64,000 bases of DNA, taken from the NCBI GenBank assembly GCA_024679065.1, contig JAGIQG010000020.1, positions 8,804,001 through 8,868,000 on the forward strand, given 5' to 3'. Made by a program: the position numbers and the translations under genes. The notes below the pieces were generated by a model. It did no database searches, was not told the origin of the DNA, and saw nothing but the letters and a program-made list of their open reading frames with translations. Position 1 is the first letter of the stretch. Each line of letters starts with the position of its first letter. Below are positions 63,655 through 64,000 of this stretch, piece by piece. This DNA is from Sphyrna mokarran. Taxonomy: Eukaryota.

Positions 63655-64000
63655 ATCAAAGGCGTTGCATGTGAAGTGCTGCTTCACCATAAAAAGCATT
63701 TGGGCCCCGAGATGGTGACCAGGAAGAAAATAAATATGCAGATGTTACACCTTCCACGATTGCACAGCAAGAAGTCATTGATGGTGTACAAGTATTGGTT
63801 GTGATGGAGGAGTGCACCAGGGTGTCCCGGAAGGAATGGCACCTGCGAAATACTGTGAGGGATAGTAAGGGGAAGTTCTGTTGACTGGTGGCATCATGTT
63901 GGAGTTAGCTGAAATCACAGAAGATTATTTTTTCAATTTAGAAGCTGGTGGAGTGAAAGTTAAGGCAATGAGGAACCTGGAGGGGAGAACAGCGGTCCAG
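63655..64000 (-). mobile_element. Penelope-like retroelement remnant (linker region before GIY-YIG), runs off window end
   Basis: Minus strand reads LTFTPPA / QHDATS..FP / FRRCHSFRDTLVHSS / CNRGRCNIC, resembling fish PLE ORFs. Confidence 0.6.

Overview
Cartilaginous-fish (shark-like) genomic DNA containing three complete immunoglobulin light-chain clusters of the lambda/type II kind. Each has an octamer promoter, a leader exon, a germline-fused in-frame VJ exon with no RSS, a C exon and a polyA signal. Clusters 1 (5466-10504) and 2 (27416-32494) are on the minus strand inside a tandem duplication with a ~22.4-kb period (1-21801 vs 22399-42603). Cluster 3 (50087-53589) is a divergent subfamily member on the plus strand, head-to-head with cluster 2. 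The rest is mostly decayed transposons (CR1, an L2/CR1-group LINE, Rex1/Babar, V-SINEs, Harbinger, Penelope). Most notable observations: (i) an identity step inside the V exon suggesting cluster 1 is an unequal-crossover chimera pairing one gene's CDR1/2 with another's CDR3-J-C; (ii) a CTCF-type motif conserved upstream in three paralogous positions; (iii) a young CR1 lineage whose 3'UTR carries an unknown conserved block plus a V-SINE core domain; (iv) patchy near-identity of C exons between divergent clusters; (v) loss of the conserved C-domain proline in cluster 2. All alignments and difference counts were done by eye; repeat family names come from motif recognition, not database searches, and repeat boundaries are approximate.
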